NCBI RefSeq assembly: GCF_018350175.1
Contig: NC_058368.1
Coordinates: 80,044,001 to 80,108,000, forward strand
From: Felis catus
Lineage: Eukaryota
Direction: 5' to 3'
DNA length: 64,000 nucleotides
This document shows positions 23,480 through 35,755 of the stretch, piece by piece. The notes below the pieces were generated by a model that did not search any database, had not been told where the DNA came from, and saw only the letters and a list, made by a program, of their open reading frames with translations. A program made the position numbers and the translations under genes. How positions within the stretch are numbered: the first letter of the stretch is position 1; every line of letters starts with the position of its first letter.

Positions 23480-23860
23480 CACTGTGATGTGACACACGCA
23501 GCACGAAGCTTCCTGTCTCTACGTTTTCAAGTGTACGGTCAGTGACGTCCAGCCTGCTCCCAGAGCTATGCAAACACCACCGTCCGTCTCCAGAACGTTC
23601 TCATCTCCCCCAACTGAACCTCTGTCCCCATGACATGGTAACCCCCGTCCCCCCTCCCCCACCCCGGTGACCCCCGTTTTGCCTTCCGTGTCTGCGAGCC
23701 TCGTTTGCCTGTTTCGGGGACCTCGTGTAAGCGGAACAGTGCGACGCGTGTCCTTTGGCGGCTGGCATACCGCCCGCCGTGACGTCCTCGGGGTTCATCC
23801 GCGGTGCAGCCTGTGTCCAAACGCCCTTCCTTGGTGAGGCTGAATAATGCCCCTGTGCTT
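23480..23860 (-). mobile_element. L1MB-like 3' end fragment, strongly GC/CpG-shifted
   Basis: Skeleton of the L1MB 3' UTR reverse complement (AAGTGTAC, CTCCAGAAC, CTGAACCTCTGTCCCCAT, GGTTCATCC, AGGCTGAATAAT). Confidence 0.8.
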
Positions 23861-24787
23861 TTTAACCTACTGTTTCAGAGCTCAGTGTTGTCGTCTTGGT
23901 TGGTGGCACCAGCGGCTGGTGTCAGGCTCAGAGGAAGTGACTCACAGCTCAAACCAAAGGGGCGAGTGGGCAGGTCGGCCACGGGCTCCCGTGCCTCCGT
24001 CTCTCAGACCCGTCTCCCCACGTGGCCTGCCTGGCTCCCTAGTGGCCCCTCTCCTCTAGCCGTGTGGCTCGCTTTCTGGCACATGTTGGTGGCGCCGTGA
24101 CCCAGTGGGCTGCAGGGCATGTGGGGTCAAGTTGCCTCCAGGCCTAGATATGCAGGTGTGATGATGCTCGTGGGTAAGGCCTGGGCTGGGGAGGGGGGGA
24201 GCAGATGTGGGTGTCACAGACCTGCTGAGGCCCGGGGGCTGCATGGGCTTCCTCAGGAAGGTGTTAGAAAGTGAAACATCTAGACAGAGAGCCAGGAGGA
24301 GGCCCAGGAGGAGCTGCACCCAGCAGCCCAGAGGGGGGGCTGTCTCCGGGGGGCAGCGGTCAGGCCATCACAGGCCACCAAAGCTAAAGCCTTGTCCAGG
24401 GTCACCCGGCTGCAGGCCCCTGGCCCCTCTCTCCACGCAGTGCTGGGTCCGGATGTGGTGGGTGGGGGAGACCCCAGGATATGGAGCAGTGGGGACACTG
24501 AGCCTAAATCCCTCTTACCCGCGTCTGCCTCAGGTCACTAGAGTGGACTCTGGGCTCCCCGAGGGCCCAAAACATGTGTCCTCCCCCAGCACAGGACCCT
24601 CACAGACGTGCTGGGGGATTTTTTTAAATGAATGTGGCATTTAACCATTCCATAGGAAGGCTTAGCATGTTTAAGACTTCTACACGCAGGAGGCTGGTGA
24701 CGTGATCAGAAGGTTCCTGGCCACCCAGGGAAAGTCAGCAGAGTTGGAGGGAGAAGACCCAGACACAGGTGGAAAGAAAGCGGTCTT

Positions 24788-24984
24788 GGAGCACCTGGGG
24801 GGTCAGTTGGTTAAGCATCCAACTCTTGATTTCAGCTCAGGTCTTGATCTTACGGTTCGTGAGTTCAAGCCCCAAGTCAGGCTCTGCGTGGACAGCGTGG
24901 AGCCTGCTTGGGATTCTCTCCCCCCTCCTACCCCTCCCCAACTTGTGCTTTCTCTCTCTCTCTCTCTCTCTCTAAGATAAATAC
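24788..24984 (+). mobile_element. Can-SINE (its tail apparently resumes at ~25430-25460 after nested insertions)
   Basis: Degenerate head GGAGCACCTGGGGGGTCAGTTGG and (CT)n. Candidate TSD AAGAAAGCGGTCTT (24774-24787) / AAGAAAGGTGGCCTT (25460-25474). Confidence 0.9.
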
Positions 24985-25211
24985 TTTTTTTTCATTTATT
25001 TTTTGAAGTTTATTCAGTTTTGAGAGAGAGACAGAGACAGAGCATGAGCGGGGGAGGGGCAGAGAGAGAGAGAGGGAGACACAGAATCTGAAGCAGCTCC
25101 AGGTTCTGAGCTGTCAGCACAGAGCCCGACGTGGGGCTCGAACCCACAAACCGTGAGATGATGACTGAGCCGAAGTCGGACGCTTAACCAACTGAGCCTC
25201 CCAGACACCCC
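24985..25211 (-). mobile_element. Can-SINE (nested, antisense)
   Basis: Full reverse-complement element ending ..CTGAGCCTCCCAGACACCCC. Confidence 0.92.
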
Positions 25212-25219
25212 TTGCTAGT

Positions 25220-25427
25220 ATTTTTTCATGTTTAATTTTTTTTGAGAGAGAGAGAGAGCATGAGCAGGGGAGGGGCAGAGAGACAGAGGGAGACACAGAA
25301 TCCGAAGCAGGCTCCAGGCTTCGAGCTGGCAGCACAGAGCCCAATGTGGGGCTTGAACTCACAGACCGCGAGGTCATGACCTGAGCCGAAGTCGGGCGCT
25401 CAACCGACCGAGCCACCGAGGCACCCC
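25220..25427 (-). mobile_element. Can-SINE (nested, antisense)
   Basis: Full reverse-complement element ending ..GAGCCACCGAGGCACCCC. Confidence 0.92.
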
Positions 25428-26929
25428 CCAAAACAAATAATCTTAAAAAAAATTTTTTTAAGAAAGGTGGCCTTTCTGTCCCCCTTTCCAGTGTTTGGGT
25501 CTAACCCGCTGAGCCCCAGCTCCCCCATTCGATCAGCGTCCCACTGCTGAATTACCCCTCTGTCTTAGAGAAAGTGTCGACTCTAGAAACCCGTGGCCAG
25601 TCCACTGGGGCCTGTGGCGAGGTGGGACCACGTGTCTGAGGCTTGCTGGCTGCTCTGGGGTTTCCAGTTCTGCCCTCTGTGGCTGGGGAGCTGTGAGCAG
25701 GCCATGACCCGATGCCCAAGGGGAGGAGAGGGTCAGAGGGGCGGCCACCTGCCCAGAGATGGCACCAGATGTTGGCAAGAGGGTTCCTGGCAGGCATGGT
25801 GCTGTGTGCTTTTTATTCTTTTTGAGTTAGCAATACCAGGCTTGTGTCTTTAATTCTTGTTCCTCTGCCATCACAAAACCTGGTTTTGAGATGTGGGCAC
25901 ATCAGAGAAGCTGTGGGGCAGCCAGGGCCCCCCCCCCATGGACAAGGCTGGCACAGGTGTTTCCGGGGCATTGTGTCTGATCACCTCCACGGTGCTCGAG
26001 GGAGGAGGGCACACAGACGCGCGGGGAGGAAATCCCAAAGGAAGGAGGCCTTCCTCTTCCTGCCGCAACCTGGGCATGACCCCGGGAACCCCGGGAGTGC
26101 AGGGGCCGGGTCCCAGGTGTCCCGAGTCTCCAGTGCCCAGTGCAGGGCTGTGCGGGGTGGCTGGGCTCCGAGTCAAGGACAGACAGGCGGAAGAAAGTGG
26201 GAAAGACAGGAGTCCTGGTCAGAACGGACACGAAGGGTTTGGGGAACTTTGTGTTCAGAATAACGGCGCAAATGATTAGGTTCAGCGCCAAAGGCACGTC
26301 CCTCAGACACACACAGCTGGGGTCAACTGACGGGAGTTCCTCTGTCGTTGGCTTCACTGAACTCAAATCACTGTGTAAAAAGCTACTGGGGTGGACAGAC
26401 GTTGGCTTATCTGCGGAGTCAAACTCACGAAAAATATGCTTCCACTGCAAGACCGAATGCCAGCCTGCTTCATGGCATTTCTTTTTCTTGAGCTTCAGGC
26501 CCAAGGGGGAGTCAGGCATGTGGCCAATGAGCGGTCTGTGGGCCGAGGTGAACTTTTTCTTCAGGGCAGAAGTTGGCCAGTGGCCTCCTTTGTGCTTGCA
26601 GAAACTTGGCTTTGTGGTCTATCAAGGGTAAGAGTGCAGAAAATGCACCAGTGACCAAACCACATAGTCGAGTGGAATGGTTGGGGGGCCATCATTCAAA
26701 GCCCCCCACTTGTCAGCCAGAGTCGCGAATCCCTCCCTGCTGGGCCCATGACAGTGAGGTAGCTGATGGGGAAGGGACTTGTCCTCGAGGTTACTCTCTC
26801 CTGTAAATGCTGGTTCCCGACACAGAGTCCAGCAGGAGGTGATGCCTCCCTGCCTGTGCACCAGAAAGATCCTTGATCCCGGCCAGGTCTGAAGAGCCAG
26901 GCCAGAGAACCATGTGCAGGCTCCAAATC

Positions 26930-27045
26930 TGATCCAGAAGTTTCAGACCCAGCAGGCCTGGGGGACGAGGCCCCACATTTCTAATGCCCTCCCAGGGTGT
27001 GGGGTACAGCTGGTCCCGGGACCACAGTTTGGGTAGCGGGCCCTG
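26930..27045. mobile_element. MER5A-like hAT-Charlie DNA transposon relic
   Basis: CATTTCTAATGCCCTCCCAGG...GCTGGTCCCGGGACCACAGTTTGGGTAGC resembles the MER5A terminus. Confidence 0.6.
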
Positions 27046-30000
27046 GAAGATGTCTCCAGAGCCGTGAGATTCTGTCTTCGGTTTGAACAGGGGCTCCCCA
27101 GTAACCAATAGCATGTATAACCAGGGTTCCCGTGCCCCCAAACTGTTGTACCCAGCTCCCGAAACGTTACAGGCAACAGGTTACGCTGGCCTGTGCAGGC
27201 GAGTTTGGAAAGTCACGGACTTGAAAAAACCTCATTTTCATCTGCTCTGCTCTGCAAGGGTTAAGGAATTTCTCTCTTTGAAAAACAAAACAAAACAAAA
27301 CAAAAAAGCATTTTATCTTTTGACCCGCAAGTCCAAACCTCTGCAGTCATGCCCTGCCCGAGAGCAGGTCTGACCCTGAGCTGGCCAAAACACCCTGAAA
27401 AGCGGGTCTTCTTAGTATGAAAAAGTTTGAAAAGTGTAACCAGGGGTATACACAGTGAGCAGAAACCAGTACCTTCCTGGAGAACTGTTTAGAGACCACC
27501 GCTGGAAACAGACAACAAGCCTCCCGCTTCAGGGAGGGCTTACTTGAAGCCTATTTCCCTTTGAAATGAGGCTGCTGGCACAGCCCCCCCCTCCACCCCC
27601 GCCCCTGTTATCTTTCTAGATTGTTCAGGGCAGCTCTGCTTCTCATGGAGTGACACTTGATTTTCCCTCACGATGGTCAGTCATGCGTTTGACCGTCTCT
27701 GGGTAAAGCATCTATCAAACGGCATCCTTTGGAAAATTCCATGTAAGACAACTACATATTAGAGATAAAAGCAAAGATTAAGTTCTTTGAGGCAGACGTC
27801 TCGTGTAAATGTATACAGGGGAAATGGCTCTGGAAGATTAGTGCCTCAAGGTGGAGAATGCTTGCTTGGAGCAAGGACCAGGGCCACGCGGTAGTGTGAA
27901 GCTCCCCACTGCAGACTACCTCTGTCCCGTATGTCTTCCTTCAGACCCCGCGTTCCTGTCGGCTGTCCTCTCTCCTCCAACTTGTACTTTGGTTTGTCTG
28001 TGGGAGGGGGACATGATGAATGCGCCCGTCCCAAACCCTCACCTTCGCTCATTTGCTTAGAACTTAAAACTCTGTCCATCCCCCCGAGGTGAGCATCTGT
28101 GACCTCGGAGTCCGGCCCACATGCTCCAGGTCGGGCTCCATCAGTCGGGAGCCATGATCTTGGGAAGGATCTTTAGTTTCTTGACACCTCCGTTCCCTTC
28201 TCTGGGAGGTGAGCTCATACTCCTCCCTCTGCGCTGCTCCACGGACCGTCTTCCATAGCGCTGGTGGGGCGCTGAATGTGGGTCCGCAGGATAGACACCC
28301 TGCACGTGCTGTGATTCCTCTACACTTGTCACCACTTGGACTTGAGTGTGTCCCCTCTTCACGTCTCTCCCTGGTGACAGCCCGGTCCCCTGGCTCCTCC
28401 ACGCCCCAGTGTCATGGAGCCTTGGCCGGAAAGTTCCAGAAGGTTTTGTGTCCAGGTAGCTCCTTCAATGGCCACAGGAAGTGTCTCAGGTGGACCGCTG
28501 GTGGACAGCAGTCATTTGCGTTTTCACTGACCCCGTCTGCGTGGTCCCCCTCTCGGGCTCCTGTGGCTTTAATGCTAGAGGTCACACAGAGAAGGCCACA
28601 TGCCACACCCAGGCTCCTCCTCGGGCCTGGCGGTTCCCAGCACCCCACACGGGTCCAGCTGCCTCCTTAGTGATACTTACCGTATTGGGTCATGCCCGGT
28701 GGGATCTGTCTCCATCCAGCTCTTGAATCCTGATTCAAGAGACAGTCCGTCTCTCCCTGATTGTCAGCCTGTTAATGGCAACGTGAGAATAATACTGTCT
28801 CAGCCTGACTGTTGAGTTACTGCTCAAAAATCCATGAAACTCACAGTCGCAGAGGGCAGCTCCTAAGTCAGCTGGAAAACTTGACCAGTTTGGGACCGAA
28901 GAAACTTGACCATGGATGGATAATAAGCTTGGGTTCAAGGTGCAGGCTTGCTCAGTGTCCCCCCGACCTTGCCCTCAGAAGTTTGAAGCTGTGTTCACTT
29001 CATCACTTGTAGAGTCTCAACTCAGATGCCCCTGCCATCTTCCTACATACGCGCCCCCACCCCCACCCACTTCTGCTGGTCCCCCTGGCCCGGCTGCCCT
29101 CATTCCAAAGGACCCCGTTTTGGCCACCCCTGTGGCTTGCCCTCGGGAGGGCTCCCGGCTGTCCACACCTTGGCTCTGCTGGCTACTGAACTTGGATAAG
29201 CTCCCTTCCCTCCACTGTTGGCTCGCTGCCTCGCTCAGAGCCTCACCCACCCCAGGGCTCAGCACGGATTGAAGACAGACTTGTCCCCGAGTCACTGACC
29301 GCGGTGAATCCCAGCCAGAAACAACTGCTACATCATGCTGCCACCCGTCCGGGCACGTCCATCCTAAGGTCAGCTTGAGCCCGCATTTTGCATTTGAGTC
29401 CTGTCATTAAAAGACCAGGAATTGAGAGTGCTTCAGGTGACCCCTTAGACAGCCGCGGGTGACTTTTAAGTGCATGTCTTTTCATACGCGGAGAGCTGGT
29501 GATGGGGTGTCGGGTGGAAAACCGGGAGGTCCTGCTTGAAGTGGCTGGTGTGCTGATCGCAGAGAGGCGTCCATCCCGTGGGTGTCACCAAAGCTCTGAA
29601 ATCCTCCCAATAGAAGCGACACCCACCAGGACCCACGCCCGGCTAATTCTGTTTTCAGAATTAGCTAAGACCCTTGTTTCAAGCGAAGTTTTACTGTTTG
29701 CTGTCGTCTTTTTTAAATCACCCTTTAAAACAACATTGTGACCAGAAACAGCTCTTCTCGGTCACATACACAGCGTGATTAACTTCCCAGAGACTTAGTA
29801 AAGTCTAAATAGATTTGTGTAATACTTTCCTGAAATTTTACGTGTGGAACAGAGTCAGTATGCTATGACTGTTAGGTAATACTAGAACCATAGAGTATAA
29901 ATCGTGTACCATACACCTCAATAATCTATACTAATAATTATGATTTTTGTCTTCAGTTGAACTGTATGGTGGAAGGGGTCTTCAGTTAGTATGAACAGTC

Positions 30001-31529
30001 TTAAAAAAGTCAATCAAGATGCTTAATCTGCTTATGAAAACACATCTCCTTGAGGCGCTTCTGAACTGCTCATTTACACAGGACACATATTCTGTCCCTG
30101 GGGAAGTGTGACAACCCAGCAGGAGAAGCTGTCTGAGGGCCATGACCGCTTAGCCCAACTGCTGTCATTTAAAAATCAGTCTGATTTTGTTTCTCTTTTC
30201 AAGATTCCCCAATCCAGACTCTTTTTTTCCTTCCATCTAACCCTTCCACAATGAAATGAAATTAGTCAAATTTTTCTCTCCAGTTTGACATTGAAGAAGA
30301 AAGAGCCAGACGAGGCCTATCAAGTTTGCTGAAGCAAGTGTAGTAGAAGTGAGGATTCGCCTATTAAGCATTTTATTATCTTTCTCTGTTACATTCCTCT
30401 CTTTCATGAAAATAAAACACTGGACTTTCAGAAGAAACCGAAGGTGCAGACATGTTGAGCTCAGTGTGCTGACAGCACGTTGGATTAAGATTTGGATTAA
30501 TTGGATTAAATGATTGTATCTTCTGAAGGATGATACATAAGGACATTTGTCTGTGGAGAGTTTATGCTAGCTGCAAAAGGGCAGAAGCAGGTTGTACCTT
30601 AGGGACCAACTCGTCCAAACTTCTCTTAAAGATGAGGAACCTACAGCCCAGAGAGGTGCAGACACCCTCCAACCGGCACACAGCTGGCTCCCGGTGGAGT
30701 TGAGAACCCAAGCCCTGGTCCGGTGTCAGCCTTAATAAACTAATGCTGTCATCTAATTTCAGTAATTAAGTCATTTTACATATTAGATCATTTTTTGAGT
30801 AAATGACATGATTCACTGTTTTTAAAGGCTTATTTTGGGAATGGTGAACGGAATATCCTACCAAGCCAAAACCCATCGATCTTCCGAGAACTATGTCATG
30901 GAACAAAGTTCATTCTCCTTTGAGGCCCCATATGGCAAAAGTGAACTCTTCTACTTTAGCACAATGCATACAAAGTCAAAGAGATAAGTAACAAAATGCA
31001 AGAGAAAATTAAACAGAGAAGCTCAGACCTTGAAACAAGTCACTTATTTAATCCCTGTGGTATCAGATTTTGTAAAGGCTAGTGGTTTGAAAGATACACG
31101 GCATTTAAAATAATGTAAGGCACCACCCCGTTTTATCTTTTCTCACTCTGCTTACGTCTAAGAACAATGCCCCCGCCTGACATCACCTTGAGTCAGCCTG
31201 AGCTTTGATTTCTTGAAGCTCAAAAGCCTGAATTCCTGAGAATGCCTCATTTCGAGAATCCAGAAAGCTGAGTTGTGACTCATGACATGCCAGGGCTTTC
31301 TCAGAGGTCCCAGTCAATGGTGAGGATGTGAGGAAGGGGCCGCTTTGGGATGGGTGGTACCGAGAGAGAATAGATCAGCCAGCGGGCGGCCTGCCGTGTG
31401 GTATGGTGTTCGCAGGACGGGGTGATCTCAGTGGCCCTGCACACAATAGAAAAGCCTGCCCTCTCGGCCTTGTTGCTGATACTTTATATTTGCCATAGTT
31501 CTTTGTACTGTTCCGAGCAAAGTGTCATA

Positions 31530-31670
31530 GCCATTATCTCCCTTAATCCTGATAGCAGCCTTGTCAATAGATGGGACAGGTGCACTCCTCCCTATTTACA
31601 GCCAAAGAAGGCAAAGCACAGAGGAATTCAGGAACACGCCAGCGTCGCTAGGTTGAGATAGAGCTGGTGT
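31530..31670 (-). mobile_element. MIR fragment
   Basis: ATTATCTCCCTTAATCCTGATAGCAGCC...CCTATTTACAG...GCACAGAG. Confidence 0.55.
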
Positions 31671-33451
31671 CAGAAGGCTTCTTTTGCCTGAAAGGTTGGT
31701 CCCAAGCAAGTTATTCCAAATTCACGTAGCTCCGTGGACACCCTCATTTGGTAGTCTCAGTCACCCCAGGAGAGAAATGGGGAGCTATTTTAACAGCCAC
31801 AACACTGGCAGGAAAAGAGAGAAGCGCGCAGTGACTTCCCCAGGGACCCCTAGCCAAGTGCATAATTCCACAGTGAGATCACGAAGTCTAAGGATACTGT
31901 GCTATGAAGCCACCTTGTCGGCTCTTTCAGTGGCAAAGCCAAAGATGACAGGGTCATTAAATATATTGCTTTAAGTTGCCAAACCAACATTGCGTTGTAT
32001 TTTGTTCTTCTGTGAGTGTGAATTACTCTGTGTAAAAGCCAGGAGCGCTGTAATCACCTTTAATGAAATGTGATAGGCAAGAAGTTTCACCATTAGAGAT
32101 TTCAGAGCTTTCCATGGTCCCTTTAACTGAGAATGGAACTTGATTTTGTTTTGCAAATCACTCTTACAGCTGCATGACTTCATCTCAAGCAAGTCAAATA
32201 AAGGAATTTTCAGTATTATAACGGTCACTAAGCAGACAACTGACGTGTCAGCGTTTAGAAGGGGTAAGGTTTCTGGGCGAGCATGGAAAGATACTGCCGT
32301 GACACGGTGTTTTACTTGGGTGGCTTCATTGTGTAGGTGGGTGGCGAGTTGGAACGGAGCTGGGAGGTGTTGGGAGGGGGTGGGGGCAGGACCGTGCCAG
32401 AGCCTTCCCAGCCAGAATGTCAGCCTGATTCGGGCAAATCCCCTGAAATCTATTGAGACCCCTTATCTGCTTGTTCACAATTCACGTAAGCAACTCTGAA
32501 AATTTGGCTAAAATCTCCTCAGGCCGATATTTCTGGGATTCTCTTATGGCTCAAAGCAAAGTACATATCTGTGTTTTTCCAGGTTCCCCTATGGGACGTC
32601 CACCTTGCTCCTGAACACTTCCCCGAGGTGCGCGGTCCTCAGACCTGTGGTAGAGGGCCTCCCAGGCTGTGCCATATAGGGACCATACAGGGAGAGGGCT
32701 TGGCCCTGCTCCCCCGAATTAAAGACCTCCTGTTGGATGCTTCTGCTAAGACCAATTAGTCTCCCAAAGAGCAATTAAGGAGAGTTTTCTACCAACCACT
32801 GGCAGCGGGATTGCCCGTCTTGACCTATTTTGGCTGACTGATTCCTCTCCGCATAGTTGGGTAATCAGGCTATTAGGGTGTTTGGACTCTTCCCCGCCAA
32901 CATTCCTCCGTGGTGTGTCTCATATCTTCTCAACTTCCGCGTAAAATAGCTACTCATCAAATGCTATTTAAACATCCCTGGGCATTCAGATTCTCTTGGG
33001 GTCGGTAATAGTTTTTGCTTTCCACAAAGCTTTTTACAAGTGGAAATGGACTGATACTGGTTTCTTCTAGAAAGACCCCAAAGCTCTTAAACCATCCTCC
33101 AAAGGTTAGTTTGAACATTTTACACTGGACCTAAAATATACCAGTAAAACCAGGTGATAATGCCAGGCATGGCAGAGTAAGAGATGGGGACATGGGACGT
33201 TGTCTACCCCGTATCTCTATGATGGGTTTTCCGCAGCAGCCCTCCGTCTTACACCTGTCAGAGATCTCCATGCTGTTGAAAGAGGGAGAAGCCATCATTT
33301 CCCCTGCTTGTGTCAATGGCAGTCAGAGGCACACACAGCTAGAGCCATGAAGCAGTCCGCTGGGCTCAGCTGCCATGGAACCCATGCCTGACCCTCACTC
33401 GTCCACCTTGACCGCCATGGTGGGAGATGGGGGCAGGAACACGTGCCAGCA

Positions 33452-33491
<40 letters not shown>
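33452..33491. repeat. GCGCG(CA)17 microsatellite
   Basis: Seen directly. Confidence 0.95.
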
Positions 33492-33492
<1 letters not shown>

Positions 33493-33599
33493 ACCAGCTC
33501 TCACATTCAAACTACTCCCAACCATGGAGCCAAGTTTCTGAGACCAAGGGCAGTAGGAAGGTTGAAGCAGTATTCCAGAAACTGGTTCAAAACCAACAG

Positions 33600-34110
33600 A
33601 AGGTAGTATCTCATATTTATTCTCACAATGTGTATATTTCCTGTTGACCAATGAGGTCAAGCACGATTTGTGTGTATGTATTGGCCATTTGCATATTCTG
33701 TCCTGTAATCTGCTGGTTGGGGGTCTCATGACCATTTTTCTCTTGGGTGCCCCTGTTCATGAGGACTTGGGAACTCTTCATCTATTGTAAATGCAAGCCC
33801 CTGTTTGGTTACGTGTGTTAAAAACACTTTGTTCCACTCAGTGGCTCAAGTTTTCTCTCTCTTAATGATGCCCTTTGACGAGCTGATGGCTTAAATGTAG
33901 ATGTAGTCCCACTTATTCACCTTTTTTGTGGTTAGTGCTTTCCCAAACTCATTCGCTAATTCCAAAAGTTTACTATAGATTGTTTCGTATTTTTCGATAA
34001 ATGCAATCACTTTATCTTTAAAAGGTGGCTTTACATTTTCCTCTTGGTCCTGATACCTTTTACTTCTTTCTCTCATGCCTTGTCATACTGCCTAGAATAC
34101 ATTAGCAATA
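33600..34110 (-). mobile_element. Very old L1 (L1ME-like) ORF2-end fragment
   Basis: ATTTCCTGTTGACCAATGAGGTCAAGCAC...TATTGGCCATTTGCATAT.. matches an antisense L1 ORF2 C-terminal region; no intact ORF. Confidence 0.65.
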
Positions 34111-35639
34111 TTAAACCAGGAAATGCTTATGAACATGGTCACCAGAAGGCTTCAAAATGAATGTTAGAACATACGCAAGCTATTTTTGGAACCCAAGCTC
34201 ACCTTCCAAATTGTATGATCCCCAAGATAGCTTTCTGGACCATCTTCCAAAAGAAAGTGCCATTGGAAACGATATTCCAAGCCCTCCTCATCTTTAATTA
34301 GGCTTAGAACAGAGAGCCAAACACAGAGAATAAACCAGGAATTAAGTGGTAATGACATCCACACACACTCATGCTTTCCCTATTGCTGTACGACAGATGT
34401 GACAACTCCCTTTACACAGCCTTCCTCAAATGACATGTTCCCTGTCCCCACCTTCTGTCCAAGTTTGGATGTCGACTGTGGCATGTTGAATGTCGGTCAT
34501 ATTCCTGAGAAGGCATGCACTGGCAGACAGAAGGCAAGGGAAGGTGGGCTCACAGAAATACGGACTATCCAGTGTTCTAGTGTGTTCACCTGTAGTAGAA
34601 GAATCAATTTCTATATTTATAGCATATTTTGCCATCCTTGAGAGTCATGTTTTGAAAGGTGGTAGTGACTCTGTCTGGCGTTGCCTGGGTCCCTGCGTAC
34701 CTGGCCTGGAACATGTTTCTCAAGCCAGCGGTGTCCTGAGATGATATCTACTCCCGTTACGGTGGAGTCCGCTGTTGGGCTCAGTCGAAGTTCTTCACAA
34801 TCTAAACACAGTGATATTTCCAGAAGCCCAAATTCCAGTGGTAGCTATGTGAGTCCTATCCCTGATTCTGTCACAGCGAGAGGGTGGATGTCAGAGACAT
34901 CACACCTGCCGAGTCCTCACAGGGGCCAACCAGGCTTCTGGAAAGTGTGTGGCCCACCCACCACCCTGAGAAAATACCCCTAAGACCAGCCATGCCCCAG
35001 GCTCCACTCTGATTTATGACCTCAGGGGTGTCCATTCGATGGTCCCTGATGTCTGTCATTTGGAGAGATGTCTATATGGCAGCCCTCAGTGTCATTCCAC
35101 CTTGGCCCCTTCTCCAGGCAGAAAGAAATGTACTTCACATCATCACAGAAAGACAGCTGTTTACATTTTGTGAATAAAATCCTCTCTATGCCTGGGATGC
35201 CCTAAGGATTCTCCACAACCTCTTGCAGCCCTGACGTCCTGGGACCTAATGCCCCTCCCACATCCAGCCTGCTTGGCTAAGCCCAGCTCCTTCTGCACTG
35301 TTTGTGGTACTGTCACTAGCCTCTTCACTCCCTGCGGTGAGGTGTGCGTCCTCATACCTGCACACTTGCCGGGTACCTCCCCTACCTGCCTCCAGACTAA
35401 CTCTCTTCATAGAGGACAATGTTTGGAAGCACAATTCTTCTTCTCCAAACGCTTCCTAACTTCTCTCAGATGGAGTATGGCCGAGGCATTGCAGACCAAA
35501 CATGTTCTGCCGTGGCCCTTACACAGTCACGTCCGCCTGGCCCTACATGTAGCTGTGGTTACAGATAGTAAGAGCGGATGTCATCGAAGCCTTGCATACA
35601 TTCCCTCCAGGTGCCTTCACGGCAACGAATAACTCTGAC

Positions 35640-35755
35640 TCTAACCCTGTGAGGTAAGAACTAGCATTATCCTCATTTTATAGACGAGGACACTGAGGTC
35701 CAGAAAGTTAGGTGAGTGGTGTGGTCAAGCCCCACACCAGCAGCCTTGACTCCGC
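35640..35755 (-). mobile_element. MIR fragment
   Basis: AACCCTGTGAGGTAAG..ATTATCCTCATTTTATAGACGAGGACACTGAGGTCCAGAAAGTT. Confidence 0.75.
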
